This document shows, one piece after another, positions 40,967-50,052 of a DNA stretch of 64,000 nt; the first letter of the stretch is position 1, and every line of letters begins with the position of its first letter. The stretch spans positions 32,001 to 96,000 of IMG/VR virus record IMGVR_UViG_3300009503_000022. One strand, written 5' to 3'. Under the pieces are notes generated by a model. That model made no database searches and was not told the origin of the DNA. It saw only the letters and a list, made by a program, of their open reading frames with translations. The DNA comes from a virus. Made by a program: the position numbers and the translations under genes.

Positions 40967-41602
40967 TTATTTTACTCGTTTCTTATCTTGACTAGCACCT
41001 TCTTTACCTTCTTCATTAGAATGTTTCATATCAGATGCACCTATAAAAGTTAAATCATAATCTAATATATACGGTTTTGATACATCTTCACCAAAATCTA
41101 ATTTAGAAAAATAACCAAAAAACCTATCAGTATCATTAGGATTATTAACTATTTCTAATAATAATAATCTTCGATTACCTGTTATTTCCATTAAATTATT
41201 TTTAAATATTTTATATAATTCATCTATATCTGCATCAGCATTAGCGATATAAGGATACGCTCCAATATAAGAACTACCAGTTATTGATATTTCGACTGGT
41301 TTAATATACCAAGGTTGAATAAAAGCAACTGAAATACCAAACTCAACTGTTATATCAGCCGAATATGATAATTTAATACTTTTTACTTCTTTAAGTTCTA
41401 AAACTATTAAATCTTTTGTAAGCTCTCCAGGCAATGTTCTTAACGTAGAACTCGGAACTACAGGAAAAAATTTTTCAAACATTTCTCTTTTTTTAGTTTC
41501 TAATTGATAATTTTCTACAGATTTTTTAAAAGCTTCATCTTCTTTAGAAGCTTTATTTACAATTATCCGCACTGTCCTATCTTTTAAACTTAATAATGAC
41601 AT
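40967..41602 (-). CDS. Tail tube initiator / baseplate organiser-like protein
   Basis: ISITGSS..FFGYFSKLDFGEDVSKPY..YDLTF; follows the tape measure gene. Confidence 0.55.
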   Translation of the reverse strand: MSLLSLKDRTVRIIVNKASKEDEAFKKSVENYQLETKKREMFEKFFPVVPSSTLRTLPGELTKDLIVLELKEVKSIKLSYSADITVEFGISVAFIQPWYIKPVEISITGSSYIGAYPYIANADADIDELYKIFKNNLMEITGNRRLLLLEIVNNPNDTDRFFGYFSKLDFGEDVSKPYILDYDLTFIGASDMKHSNEEGKEGASQDKKRVK

Positions 41603-41612
41603 TTTTATCTCC

Positions 41613-43499
41613 CTATTTTACCCAAAGTCTTCTTAACTGCACACTAGCCATTGCTGAAGGATCCGATCCTGAAAGCATTCGTTGAAATGATTTCTGTTGC
41701 TCTCTTATTTCCGCACTTCCTCCTCTAAAAATACCCGTAATATCTAAAATTTTAGCAGCAAAAGTAAACCAAGATTTTAAAAATATTTGAACTAAATTTG
41801 TCAAAAATTGAATAGGATTTTCAAATCGTTGTAAATTCCCTCCAATTGTTTCTAATTCTCTTCTTTGCGCTTCAGGTATTTTTGTAAGAAATGCTGTCCA
41901 TTGCTGATCTGAAGGTAAATTTGCTATTTGCTCTCTATCTACTTCACTAATACGCATCATAGCTTCTGCTAACCTATAACCTGCGGCTCCCATTTCTCTT
42001 AATTCTGGTATTAATAATGCTAATCTTCCTGCCATTGCTTCTGGTGAAGTAGCTCCTGAAACTTCTCTAAATAATCTATCTCTTGCGGCAATCATTTTTT
42101 GTATAGGTGTTGCACTCACTGCTTCAGCCCAAGCTTCTCCAATATCTTTTATTGGTTTATCTACATAAGCTAAATAAGCTTCAGGAGTAATTTTTGCAAA
42201 TGTTTGCAAACCAACAGTCATCATTTGAGTAAAATTGGATTGAAATTTTTTAGTCCAAAATACACTAGATGACAATTCTTTATGTGTAATATATAATGTT
42301 TTAGCCCAAGAAATTGTATCGGCTGTTATTCCTTTAAATCTTACATCTGTATATCTTAAATCTTCACCTAATCCTTCTAATAATTTAGTTAAATCTTCAG
42401 CATGTATTCCCATCCTTTCTGCTGATCTTGCCATAATTTGAAATTGATCCCCTAATTGTTCTATAGGAATAGCATACATTACACCTAATCTTGTCGCTGA
42501 TTTAATTGCTGCCTCAGCACTCATTCCTAATCCTGATGCGACATACGTCAATTTTTCTACAGTACTTATTATAGTACGGGCTCTATCAGTTTCTGCTTCG
42601 ATCCCTCCTCTAGATACATCTTCATAAGTTTTTCCTATTTGATATAAACCTGCAATATATTCATCAACCGCTGTATTTACATATCTTTGCATTTCATCAA
42701 AAGAAACTCCAGCTTTTGCTGCTGCTATACTTAAATCACTTATTACTGCAAGATTAGATATATAATTATTAGTTAATAACCCTCCTGTTCTTATTAATAA
42801 TCTTGCCCCTCTTGCACTTTCAGCAAAACTTCTAATAAGACCTTCCATTAACATAGCAACAAGTGCTACCCATCCACCATATTTTAACATAGTAGCACTT
42901 TGCACTCCAAAAGTTTTAGTAAAAAATGCATCAGCATCTGCTCTCATTTGTTCCCATCTAATCCTTGCTAATTTTACTATTCCACCTTGACCTTCGACAA
43001 TTGCTGCTTTTTCTTTTAATTGTGCTTTTAATAAATCATATTCTTTTCTTCTTTGATATGCTTTAACAAGAAGATCTTCCTTTCTTAAATCAACTTCTTT
43101 TCCTTTTAATAACTCTTTACTTCTATATATTTCCTTTTCTATTCCCTTTAATTCACTAGATGTCTTTAATCCCAATTTTTCTCTAATTAAATCTAATTGA
43201 ACACTAGTACTTACACCCATCTCTATAAGTCTATCATACGCTGCAGTTAACATACTAACATATCTCGCATCATCACGATGTTTTTCTTCTAATCTCTTAT
43301 AAACATCAATTAATGTTCTATAATTCTTAATACTAGGCTCAACCTGATAAGTTAATTCACGAAATCTATCTGCTAAACCAATTATATCTGTTCCTGTTTT
43401 CTCTACATTTTTAGAAAATATTTTTATTTTTGGTTCTAACTCATCGAATTCTTTACCTGCTAATGCAAACAATGCAGCGATTTGCTCTGGGGTTGGCAT
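41613..43499 (-). CDS. Tape measure protein
   Basis: Ala-rich helical protein directly after the frameshifted chaperone. Confidence 0.8.
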   Translation of the reverse strand: MPTPEQIAALFALAGKEFDELEPKIKIFSKNVEKTGTDIIGLADRFRELTYQVEPSIKNYRTLIDVYKRLEEKHRDDARYVSMLTAAYDRLIEMGVSTSVQLDLIREKLGLKTSSELKGIEKEIYRSKELLKGKEVDLRKEDLLVKAYQRRKEYDLLKAQLKEKAAIVEGQGGIVKLARIRWEQMRADADAFFTKTFGVQSATMLKYGGWVALVAMLMEGLIRSFAESARGARLLIRTGGLLTNNYISNLAVISDLSIAAAKAGVSFDEMQRYVNTAVDEYIAGLYQIGKTYEDVSRGGIEAETDRARTIISTVEKLTYVASGLGMSAEAAIKSATRLGVMYAIPIEQLGDQFQIMARSAERMGIHAEDLTKLLEGLGEDLRYTDVRFKGITADTISWAKTLYITHKELSSSVFWTKKFQSNFTQMMTVGLQTFAKITPEAYLAYVDKPIKDIGEAWAEAVSATPIQKMIAARDRLFREVSGATSPEAMAGRLALLIPELREMGAAGYRLAEAMMRISEVDREQIANLPSDQQWTAFLTKIPEAQRRELETIGGNLQRFENPIQFLTNLVQIFLKSWFTFAAKILDITGIFRGGSAEIREQQKSFQRMLSGSDPSAMASVQLRRLWVK

Positions 43500-43741
43500 T
43501 ATTTCTTCCTCCTAAAATCTTCCTTTACTGCTTTTATAAAATCTTCATCATCACCTGGTGCTTCAAAAATTGTTTTACTTTCTTTACCTGCGTTATCTAA
43601 ATTCTTAAAATCTTCATACAAATTATAGTAATACCAAAATGCTTGAATAGGTTCTAATTCTTGAAAATCTTTATTAGATGGAAGTATATTAGCATGTTTA
43701 ATTATAGTCCAATAAAATTTACTTATTGGATTATCTATTAT
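43499..43741 (-). CDS. Tail assembly chaperone -1 frameshift extension (gpGT-like)
   Basis: Open -1 frame IIDNPISKFYWTIIKH..IQAFWYYYNL.. (~80 aa) ends in a TAATG overlap with the tape measure start; no start of its own. Confidence 0.8.
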   Translation of the reverse strand: MIDNPISKFYWTIIKHANILPSNKDFQELEPIQAFWYYYNLYEDFKNLDNAGKESKTIFEAPGDDEDFIKAVKEDFRRKK

Positions 43742-44208
43742 TTTTTTTTTAATTCTTCATTTTCTAGTAATTCATATTGTTCTGATATTAATTTATTATA
43801 TTCTAACCATAATCTATCGACAATAGTTTCTTGAGCTTTATCTAAATATTCTGCTAATCTCTTTTTATCTTCATCACTATTAAAAACAACATCATTAATC
43901 TTAACTATAGATGCACTTAAAATAGGTATTTTTATTGCTTCAATATATTCCGTCATAGAAATACTAGGATCAAACTTAACAGAACTAGTTGCTTTATTTC
44001 TTTCTTTATTTGTTAAAGTTTTCATAGTTATTGTAAAATCTTTTCCAATTTTAATTTCTTTTTGTATAGAAGCAAATTTTATAAACTTTTCAATATTAAC
44101 TATCACATCTCCACTATCACTTTTAACTCTAAATTCGGATATATTATCATCATCTTTCTTTATTTTAAATTCTGCTATATTTTCGTTTTTCTTTCCTTCT
44201 TCATTCAT
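43738..44208 (-). CDS. Tail assembly chaperone (gpG-like)
   Basis: Ends TTA AAA AAA AAA TAA (slippery A run); sits between the tube and tape measure genes. Confidence 0.8.
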   Translation of the reverse strand: MNEEGKKNENIAEFKIKKDDDNISEFRVKSDSGDVIVNIEKFIKFASIQKEIKIGKDFTITMKTLTNKERNKATSSVKFDPSISMTEYIEAIKIPILSASIVKINDVVFNSDEDKKRLAEYLDKAQETIVDRLWLEYNKLISEQYELLENEELKKK

Positions 44209-44226
44209 ATTTTCCTCCTTTTAAAT

Positions 44227-44865
44227 TCAATAAATTTTTAAATCTTTAAGTAAATTTACACCTTTCGTACCATATATTTCACCTGCAATAGATAAAGTTT
44301 CACTTGCAAGAGCAGCAGCACCATGAATAGTAGAATCAAATACTGTTATACTCCCGCAAGATATTTCTCTATCTTGTATAATCCATTGATCTTCTGCATC
44401 TATATCATATTCTATAGGATTTGAAGTAAACCAACAATCATTATAAAATATCACTGCAGTTTCAAGAATATCCCCTGTTGGTGAATTTTTGTTCTCAACT
44501 ATAACAAAAGGCATCTGCTGCATTAACAATGATTCACCCCAAAATCCAAATACTGTTTTAAGCATATCATTTTTATATAAAATTGCTCTAACTATAGTTA
44601 AATTAGTAGTAACCTTTAAAGGAACTACCTGAAAAGGTTCGTGTGAATACTTACCTATAGAATATCTTCTATATACTTCTCTTGTTTGATCTCTACTAAA
44701 ACTCTTTATTTCACCAAGCGGATCATATTTTAAAGAAATTGCATATAATCCATATAAAGATGTCTTACCTGCTCCTAAATTATCTAATACTCGAGGATCA
44801 GGTATTGCTCTTATTGTTATGCTACTTCTTAAACGTACTTGTGTTTTCGGTAAATTTAAGCCCAT
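44227..44865 (-). CDS. Tail tube-like protein 2
   Basis: Paralog of the 44856 protein (RAILY..FGF..L..Q..P..CWFTSNPIEYDID). Confidence 0.7.
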   Translation of the reverse strand: MGLNLPKTQVRLRSSITIRAIPDPRVLDNLGAGKTSLYGLYAISLKYDPLGEIKSFSRDQTREVYRRYSIGKYSHEPFQVVPLKVTTNLTIVRAILYKNDMLKTVFGFWGESLLMQQMPFVIVENKNSPTGDILETAVIFYNDCWFTSNPIEYDIDAEDQWIIQDREISCGSITVFDSTIHGAAALASETLSIAGEIYGTKGVNLLKDLKIY

Positions 44866-45392
44866 ACTGTTGCTTGCCTCACTCCTCTAGCTTTTGCTGT
44901 TATACTCTGTACAATTTTTAAATCATCTGCATCTATATCAAACTCTAATGGATTATTTACAAACCAAACACCATCAAAAAATAATGTTTTTGAACCTTCT
45001 TTCCCTTCAGAATTCGTTGGCATATACAAAGAAAAAGCAATCGATAAAGGTTGATGTTGATATAAAATATCGTGACCTTCAAAACCAAAAGCTTCTAACA
45101 TATTACTCTCATATAAAACAACTCTATCAAAAGTCAATTCATAAGTAGGTAATGCAGGATACGTTTCCTTAATAGCTTCTGGACTATCACCTCTATAATT
45201 ATCGGTATTCAATTCTCTCCAAAAATGTATATCAGCTCTAGAATTATTTATACTTATTTTTTTAACAGCAGCTATAAGCTTCATTCCCGAAATATCAAGA
45301 CTTGGCAACCCTTGAGTCTGATCGTAAATCGTACCATATATCTTTATATATGGTTGTAATCTAGCTTTTGTTCTTGGTATTATTAATGACAT
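44856..45392 (-). CDS. Tail tube-like protein 1
   Basis: Follows the sheath; RVVLY..AFGF..Q..PL..VWFVNNPLEFDID. Confidence 0.75.
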   Translation of the reverse strand: MSLIIPRTKARLQPYIKIYGTIYDQTQGLPSLDISGMKLIAAVKKISINNSRADIHFWRELNTDNYRGDSPEAIKETYPALPTYELTFDRVVLYESNMLEAFGFEGHDILYQHQPLSIAFSLYMPTNSEGKEGSKTLFFDGVWFVNNPLEFDIDADDLKIVQSITAKARGVRQATVWA

Positions 45393-45408
45393 AATTCAAA
45401 TCACCTCC

Positions 45409-46962
45409 TTAAAATGTTACACCAAATGTTATAAATATCCAATTAATATCTAATGTTGGTTTAATATAAAATTTAACATCTATTTGTCTCGGTTCTAAAG
45501 GATTTTGTGTAACCTCTAAATCTCTAAATTCTACAATATCGTTTCTTCTAACTACTGCTCCCAATAAGAATTTTATAAACGCTGTTATATTAGCAATAGT
45601 TTCACTACCTAAATTTCTAGTATTTATAAACGCATTTGTTAAATTTCTTATTAAATATTCAGCTAAACCATCTTTTATCCTTGTAACTTTCAATTCTTGA
45701 GTCGCTACACTTGTTGGATCAGTTGACAAAGCATGCCTAACACGAAAATCACCTGCTTCTTTCTTTTCTATTATGCATACTCCATTTGATGCCATATTAT
45801 TCTTTTCTGCTCTTGTAAAAATATCTCTTATATCTTTAAACGATATAATAGATTTACCTGAAATTGGCTCTGCCCAAGTATAATTAGGATTACAAATTAT
45901 ACCTGCTAAAGCAGCCGCCAAATATGAACCATCTACAGTATAGTCTGTATTATTAATTGTATAAATCTGATCAGAAGGAGATAAATAAGCTACTCTATAA
46001 TGTTTAATAGATGTAGCTGCAGTTATATAATCATTAACATCAGTTGAATTTATAGGAGCCCCTATAATTGAAATTCTAAATTTCCTTTCAAGTAAAGAAG
46101 ACATTTGATCAACATGATTCTTTAAATACGAAATCAAACTATTTCCTGCTTCTAATCCCTTCATCAAAACTATAACATAACATCTCTCATTTTTTAAAGA
46201 ATCTATTGCTTCTTGCAAAGCAGTTACTGTATCATCTTTTGCTTGAACACATAAAACATAAGAAGCACCTTGTTGTTGACATATCTTCGCTCCTATTGAT
46301 AAAGTATTTGTTGATATATCATTTATCTCATACACTGATGTATTATCTGGAACTGTCGTCCAATTTGGTGCAACAGTTAACACTCCAGTAGTAGTATTAC
46401 TAACGATCAACCTTTCTTGACCAACACCTACTCCTGAAGTAATTTTTACATATTTTCCTTTATATTCATTAAGCGTCATTGTTAATCCTGTTGTCAATGT
46501 ATTACTAGTTCCTCCTGTTGCAGTACCTGTTAAAATCAAATTCGGAAATTCAGGTGAACCAAATAAAGAAAATATAGTATCTTGCCTAGTAGTTAAATAA
46601 GGTGCATAATCTGCATCCCCTTTAATATAAGTATAAGTTACATAATATACACTTCCTGTTATCGGTTCATCTCCTGCAGGACTCCAATCGACTTTATCAT
46701 TTGTTAATACATAATCTGTATCTTTTACATAAGTCTTTCCAGCTTTATCTGTAATAGATATTATTTCAAATACTGGAGTCTTTTTTAAATCATCTTGACT
46801 ATTTGCTGCACCTTTTTTAACTTGCTCGACTATTGTTAAAGTCTTTTTACCTAATCCAATAATCGCTGGTATAAAAGCCCCAGGCGGCGCAGCAGGCACT
46901 GTTACATCTGCAAATTGTACATATACACCTGGTTCAGTATATTGTGGTGTAAAAGTTGGCAT
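45409..46962 (-). CDS. Contractile tail sheath protein
   Basis: YTEPGVY N-term, AAALAG, GVCII, RHALST, PRQIDVKFYIKP..INWIFITF. Confidence 0.92.
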   Translation of the reverse strand: MPTFTPQYTEPGVYVQFADVTVPAAPPGAFIPAIIGLGKKTLTIVEQVKKGAANSQDDLKKTPVFEIISITDKAGKTYVKDTDYVLTNDKVDWSPAGDEPITGSVYYVTYTYIKGDADYAPYLTTRQDTIFSLFGSPEFPNLILTGTATGGTSNTLTTGLTMTLNEYKGKYVKITSGVGVGQERLIVSNTTTGVLTVAPNWTTVPDNTSVYEINDISTNTLSIGAKICQQQGASYVLCVQAKDDTVTALQEAIDSLKNERCYVIVLMKGLEAGNSLISYLKNHVDQMSSLLERKFRISIIGAPINSTDVNDYITAATSIKHYRVAYLSPSDQIYTINNTDYTVDGSYLAAALAGIICNPNYTWAEPISGKSIISFKDIRDIFTRAEKNNMASNGVCIIEKKEAGDFRVRHALSTDPTSVATQELKVTRIKDGLAEYLIRNLTNAFINTRNLGSETIANITAFIKFLLGAVVRRNDIVEFRDLEVTQNPLEPRQIDVKFYIKPTLDINWIFITFGVTF

Positions 46963-47002
46963 AATTTTACCCTCCTTTAATATAATTTTTTAAATTTTAT
47001 TC

Positions 47003-47236
47003 TTATAAATCTATATTATTTCTATCCTTTTTTAATTTTTTTGGATCTTTATTAATAACTTCTTTTTCGATATCTTTTTCTACTATTTCAACTGTTAAAA
47101 TTTTATAACTTTTAAGTTTATTTATCTCTTCAGGCAAAATCTCAGTAGTTATATTAACAACTTCTCCTGGACTTAAAATTTTATTTAAACTTTTTAATTT
47201 TAAATTCCCATTAGTTACATTTTTTATCTTATACAT
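47003..47236 (-). CDS. Hypothetical protein
   Basis: ORF track; SD. Confidence 0.55.
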   Translation of the reverse strand: MYKIKNVTNGNLKLKSLNKILSPGEVVNITTEILPEEINKLKSYKILTVEIVEKDIEKEVINKDPKKLKKDRNNIDL

Positions 47237-47252
47237 TTTACATTCCTCCCTT

Positions 47253-47843
47253 TTATGGATTAGTTTCTAAATCTTGTATAAGTAATTCTAAATTTATATT
47301 CTGAATTGTAGTAAATAAACTCGAATCAATCTCTGCCTGAAATTCAGTATAATGATTTACTGTAATAGTCCTAGTAAATACAGGTTCTCCTTCAACTTCT
47401 TCTTGTTCATCTGCACCTAATGTTATTTTTGTATGAGCAAATCCATATTCAGCAAATTTATTTCTAAACAAATACCTTATATAAATTAATGTTAAATCCG
47501 AAATTCTATCTCTATCCGTTACAGTCCTCGCTTTTATCGTTAAATCTACAGGAATAGTTAATCCACCAAAATACTGTACTTTTAATAAATTACCTTGATC
47601 ATCCCTTATTTCCTTCAGTTCTTCTTCACCTAATTGAGATATTGAAGCATCTGAAGCACTTGCTTCTATTATTATACAAGGATATAATTCAATTCTTCTT
47701 GGAAATCCTCTATAAATTGCTATCTTATTTTGTTTAACATCTGGATTATATCTATAAATCTCTGGTGTAGCATTATCTCCATAAGCTGTTCTTATTAATG
47801 CAACATAAGCATTTTTAATCCAATCTATATATTTTATAATCAT
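47253..47843 (-). CDS. Tail terminator / completion protein
   Basis: YPCIII, RDRISD motifs; upstream of the sheath. Confidence 0.6.
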   Translation of the reverse strand: MIIKYIDWIKNAYVALIRTAYGDNATPEIYRYNPDVKQNKIAIYRGFPRRIELYPCIIIEASASDASISQLGEEELKEIRDDQGNLLKVQYFGGLTIPVDLTIKARTVTDRDRISDLTLIYIRYLFRNKFAEYGFAHTKITLGADEQEEVEGEPVFTRTITVNHYTEFQAEIDSSLFTTIQNINLELLIQDLETNP

Positions 47844-47992
47844 CCTTCTTCCTCTTTTTCTTCGCCTAAAGCTATTTTATCTCTTTTTATCTGCTCTTTC
47901 AAATTTATTTTTTCTAATTCATTTATCCAACTAATAAATTCTAACATTTCTGATATAGTTTCGAATTCTATTTTTAATTCAAATTTTGACAT
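47840..47992 (-). CDS. Small hypothetical protein (50 aa)
   Basis: Manual: MSKFELKIEFETISEMLEFISW..; ATGA overlap with the next gene. Confidence 0.45.
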   Translation of the reverse strand: MSKFELKIEFETISEMLEFISWINELEKINLKEQIKRDKIALGEEKEEEG

Positions 47993-47995
47993 ATT

Positions 47996-48961
47996 TTACA
48001 TCCATACTTTAAAATAAGGATTAGGATCAGATTCTCCATTAGTTATTGCTTCCCATATTTTATCATCATTTATTTGATAAATCGGATCAGTCTTTGGTTT
48101 ACATATCGTTCTAAATTGTTGCCTAAATGGAGTTCCCCTCATTTCAGATTGTCCAATTTCATCTACTAAAAATCTATCACCATCTAATATCCTATGAAGT
48201 ACATCATATTTATGTAATTTAGGATGCCACAAAGTCCAACTGTCAAAATCATGAGTAAATTGAATTCCTTGATTAGTAAAATTTACCCCTCTTGTTGGAA
48301 TATTTCCATATCTAATCCTTATTTTTATCTTTGGATAATATCCTCCATAAATACCTACACCAAAACAATCAGGACATCTAAATGAACCCTGATAATCAGG
48401 ATCTTGAGCCATAGAATTATCTATAGCTGTTTTTCTATTAACCAAACCTGCATCTGTATCGTCTACAATTGCATTACCCATCTTAGTACATTTACAAGGT
48501 TTTCCTGACCATTTTCGTATATATAAATAAAAATCTTCACCATCATTTTCCAATATAGATTGATGCCTTCTTCTTATCTCTTCAAAATAATATTTCATTC
48601 CAGTATTCGTTATTAAATTATAACTATTAGATTCTTGAGAAAATGGATCTTCTGCAAATCTATCAACATTAAAATAATATGAAGCTGGAAAATCATTTAT
48701 AAATTTTTCTATATTTCCATAACCTATATAAGAAACCCAAAAATAATATACTACATCTTCAGGAGTCCATATTGGTTCATTAAATATATAATAATTCTGA
48801 TTATTAACAGTATCTAAATAATTTTTAGTCATCGGAGTAGGTGAACCATAAACTTTATAACTTGTTACGCCAGGAATAAAATCCCAACTTATTTTATATT
48901 GCCCAGCATTTTCATCTACTTGTATTACTTTAACTTCCGATACAACTATATTAGAACTCAT
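47996..48961 (-). CDS. Neck / head-closure protein with Zn-binding Cys motifs
   Basis: GE...LYIRKWSG..CKC..CPDCFGVG..GGY; FN3-like N-term. Confidence 0.6.
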   Translation of the reverse strand: MSSNIVVSEVKVIQVDENAGQYKISWDFIPGVTSYKVYGSPTPMTKNYLDTVNNQNYYIFNEPIWTPEDVVYYFWVSYIGYGNIEKFINDFPASYYFNVDRFAEDPFSQESNSYNLITNTGMKYYFEEIRRRHQSILENDGEDFYLYIRKWSGKPCKCTKMGNAIVDDTDAGLVNRKTAIDNSMAQDPDYQGSFRCPDCFGVGIYGGYYPKIKIRIRYGNIPTRGVNFTNQGIQFTHDFDSWTLWHPKLHKYDVLHRILDGDRFLVDEIGQSEMRGTPFRQQFRTICKPKTDPIYQINDDKIWEAITNGESDPNPYFKVWM

Positions 48962-49260
48962 TGCTTATTCACCTCATTATTAATCGTAGATTCTGTTTTA
49001 TTCTTACTATCTAATTCAAATTCCATAGGTCCTAACTTAAATCTAAAATTTTGTTTACCTAAAACATATATTAAAATCATTATAGTAAATAAAAATGTTA
49101 TATGCCATAAAATATCCTTTAATTCATTTTTAGGAATATTTACTATAACATACGTCCATATAATTGCAATAAATATAACTAATTTAACTCTCAAAGATTT
49201 CAAATCTCTAATCTCGTTTTTAAATCCATCTGATTGAATAATTTTCTTTATCATTGTCAC
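48958..49260 (-). CDS. Two-TM membrane protein
   Basis: Two hydrophobic segments. Confidence 0.55.
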   Translation of the reverse strand: MTMIKKIIQSDGFKNEIRDLKSLRVKLVIFIAIIWTYVIVNIPKNELKDILWHITFLFTIMILIYVLGKQNFRFKLGPMEFELDSKNKTESTINNEVNKQ

Positions 49261-49270
49261 TCCTTCTATT

Positions 49271-50038
49271 TTATATAGCAGATAATTCTTGTCTCCAGTT
49301 TGTTGTTATCGTATTATCATCCCATTTAACTCTATAAAAATTATTATTATGATCTATTCTTATTATAGTACCTATTCTATTTGTTCCTATTCTCCTCACT
49401 TTTTCCCCTAATTCAAAATTACTAACTTTATTATCTTGATATGTATATTGTCCAATCCATTCATTCGGTTGAAACTCATCTTCAAATCTAATTTTAGCTT
49501 GCACTTCTTTAAGAATATCTTCAATTTTATTTCTCTCATCTATAGCATTTACTGCTGCCTTAATTAATTCCCTTTCATCTCTAAAACTATTATCATCTTC
49601 CTCTTCTTGTATAAATAAATTATTAGCAGTATCTCTAACTTTTACCAAAGTACTTATATGAGTAATATAATTTTCAGATTGTCCTATATCTACCCAAACT
49701 TTATTTCCAACTATTTTACGAACTATTCCTGGTTCCATATCAGGCATTGAAGAAAATACAACTTTATCTCCAACCTTTAATCTAGCACTTTTAAGCATAG
49801 GAACCCATTGTTTTGATTTCGGATCATATACCCATTCGCTTCCTTCAGGAGGAGGAGTCGTCGGTTTTGCAGGCACTTGCGATTCTATCTCTATACCTTT
49901 ATCTCGTATAACTTTATTAACCAATTCAATAGCATCTTCTTCACCATATCCATATTCATCTACAAGTTTTCTTTTTATAGCATTAACCCCTATCCCTCGA
50001 TTATACCATTTTATTATATTAGATTCTAATCCTGGCAT
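49271..50038 (-). CDS. Modular protein with two SH3/KOW-like domains (putative head cargo)
   Basis: LKVGDKV..GIV..VWVD and FELGEKV..GTI..YRVKWDD. Confidence 0.55.
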   Translation of the reverse strand: MPGLESNIIKWYNRGIGVNAIKRKLVDEYGYGEEDAIELVNKVIRDKGIEIESQVPAKPTTPPPEGSEWVYDPKSKQWVPMLKSARLKVGDKVVFSSMPDMEPGIVRKIVGNKVWVDIGQSENYITHISTLVKVRDTANNLFIQEEEDDNSFRDERELIKAAVNAIDERNKIEDILKEVQAKIRFEDEFQPNEWIGQYTYQDNKVSNFELGEKVRRIGTNRIGTIIRIDHNNNFYRVKWDDNTITTNWRQELSAI

Positions 50039-50052
50039 AATTAAATCCTCCT

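Noticed and set aside
33404-46962. Bacterial extracellular contractile injection system or tailocin
   Set aside because: Capsid, neck, replisome and polymerase genes are contiguous with the tail genes, so this is a phage.
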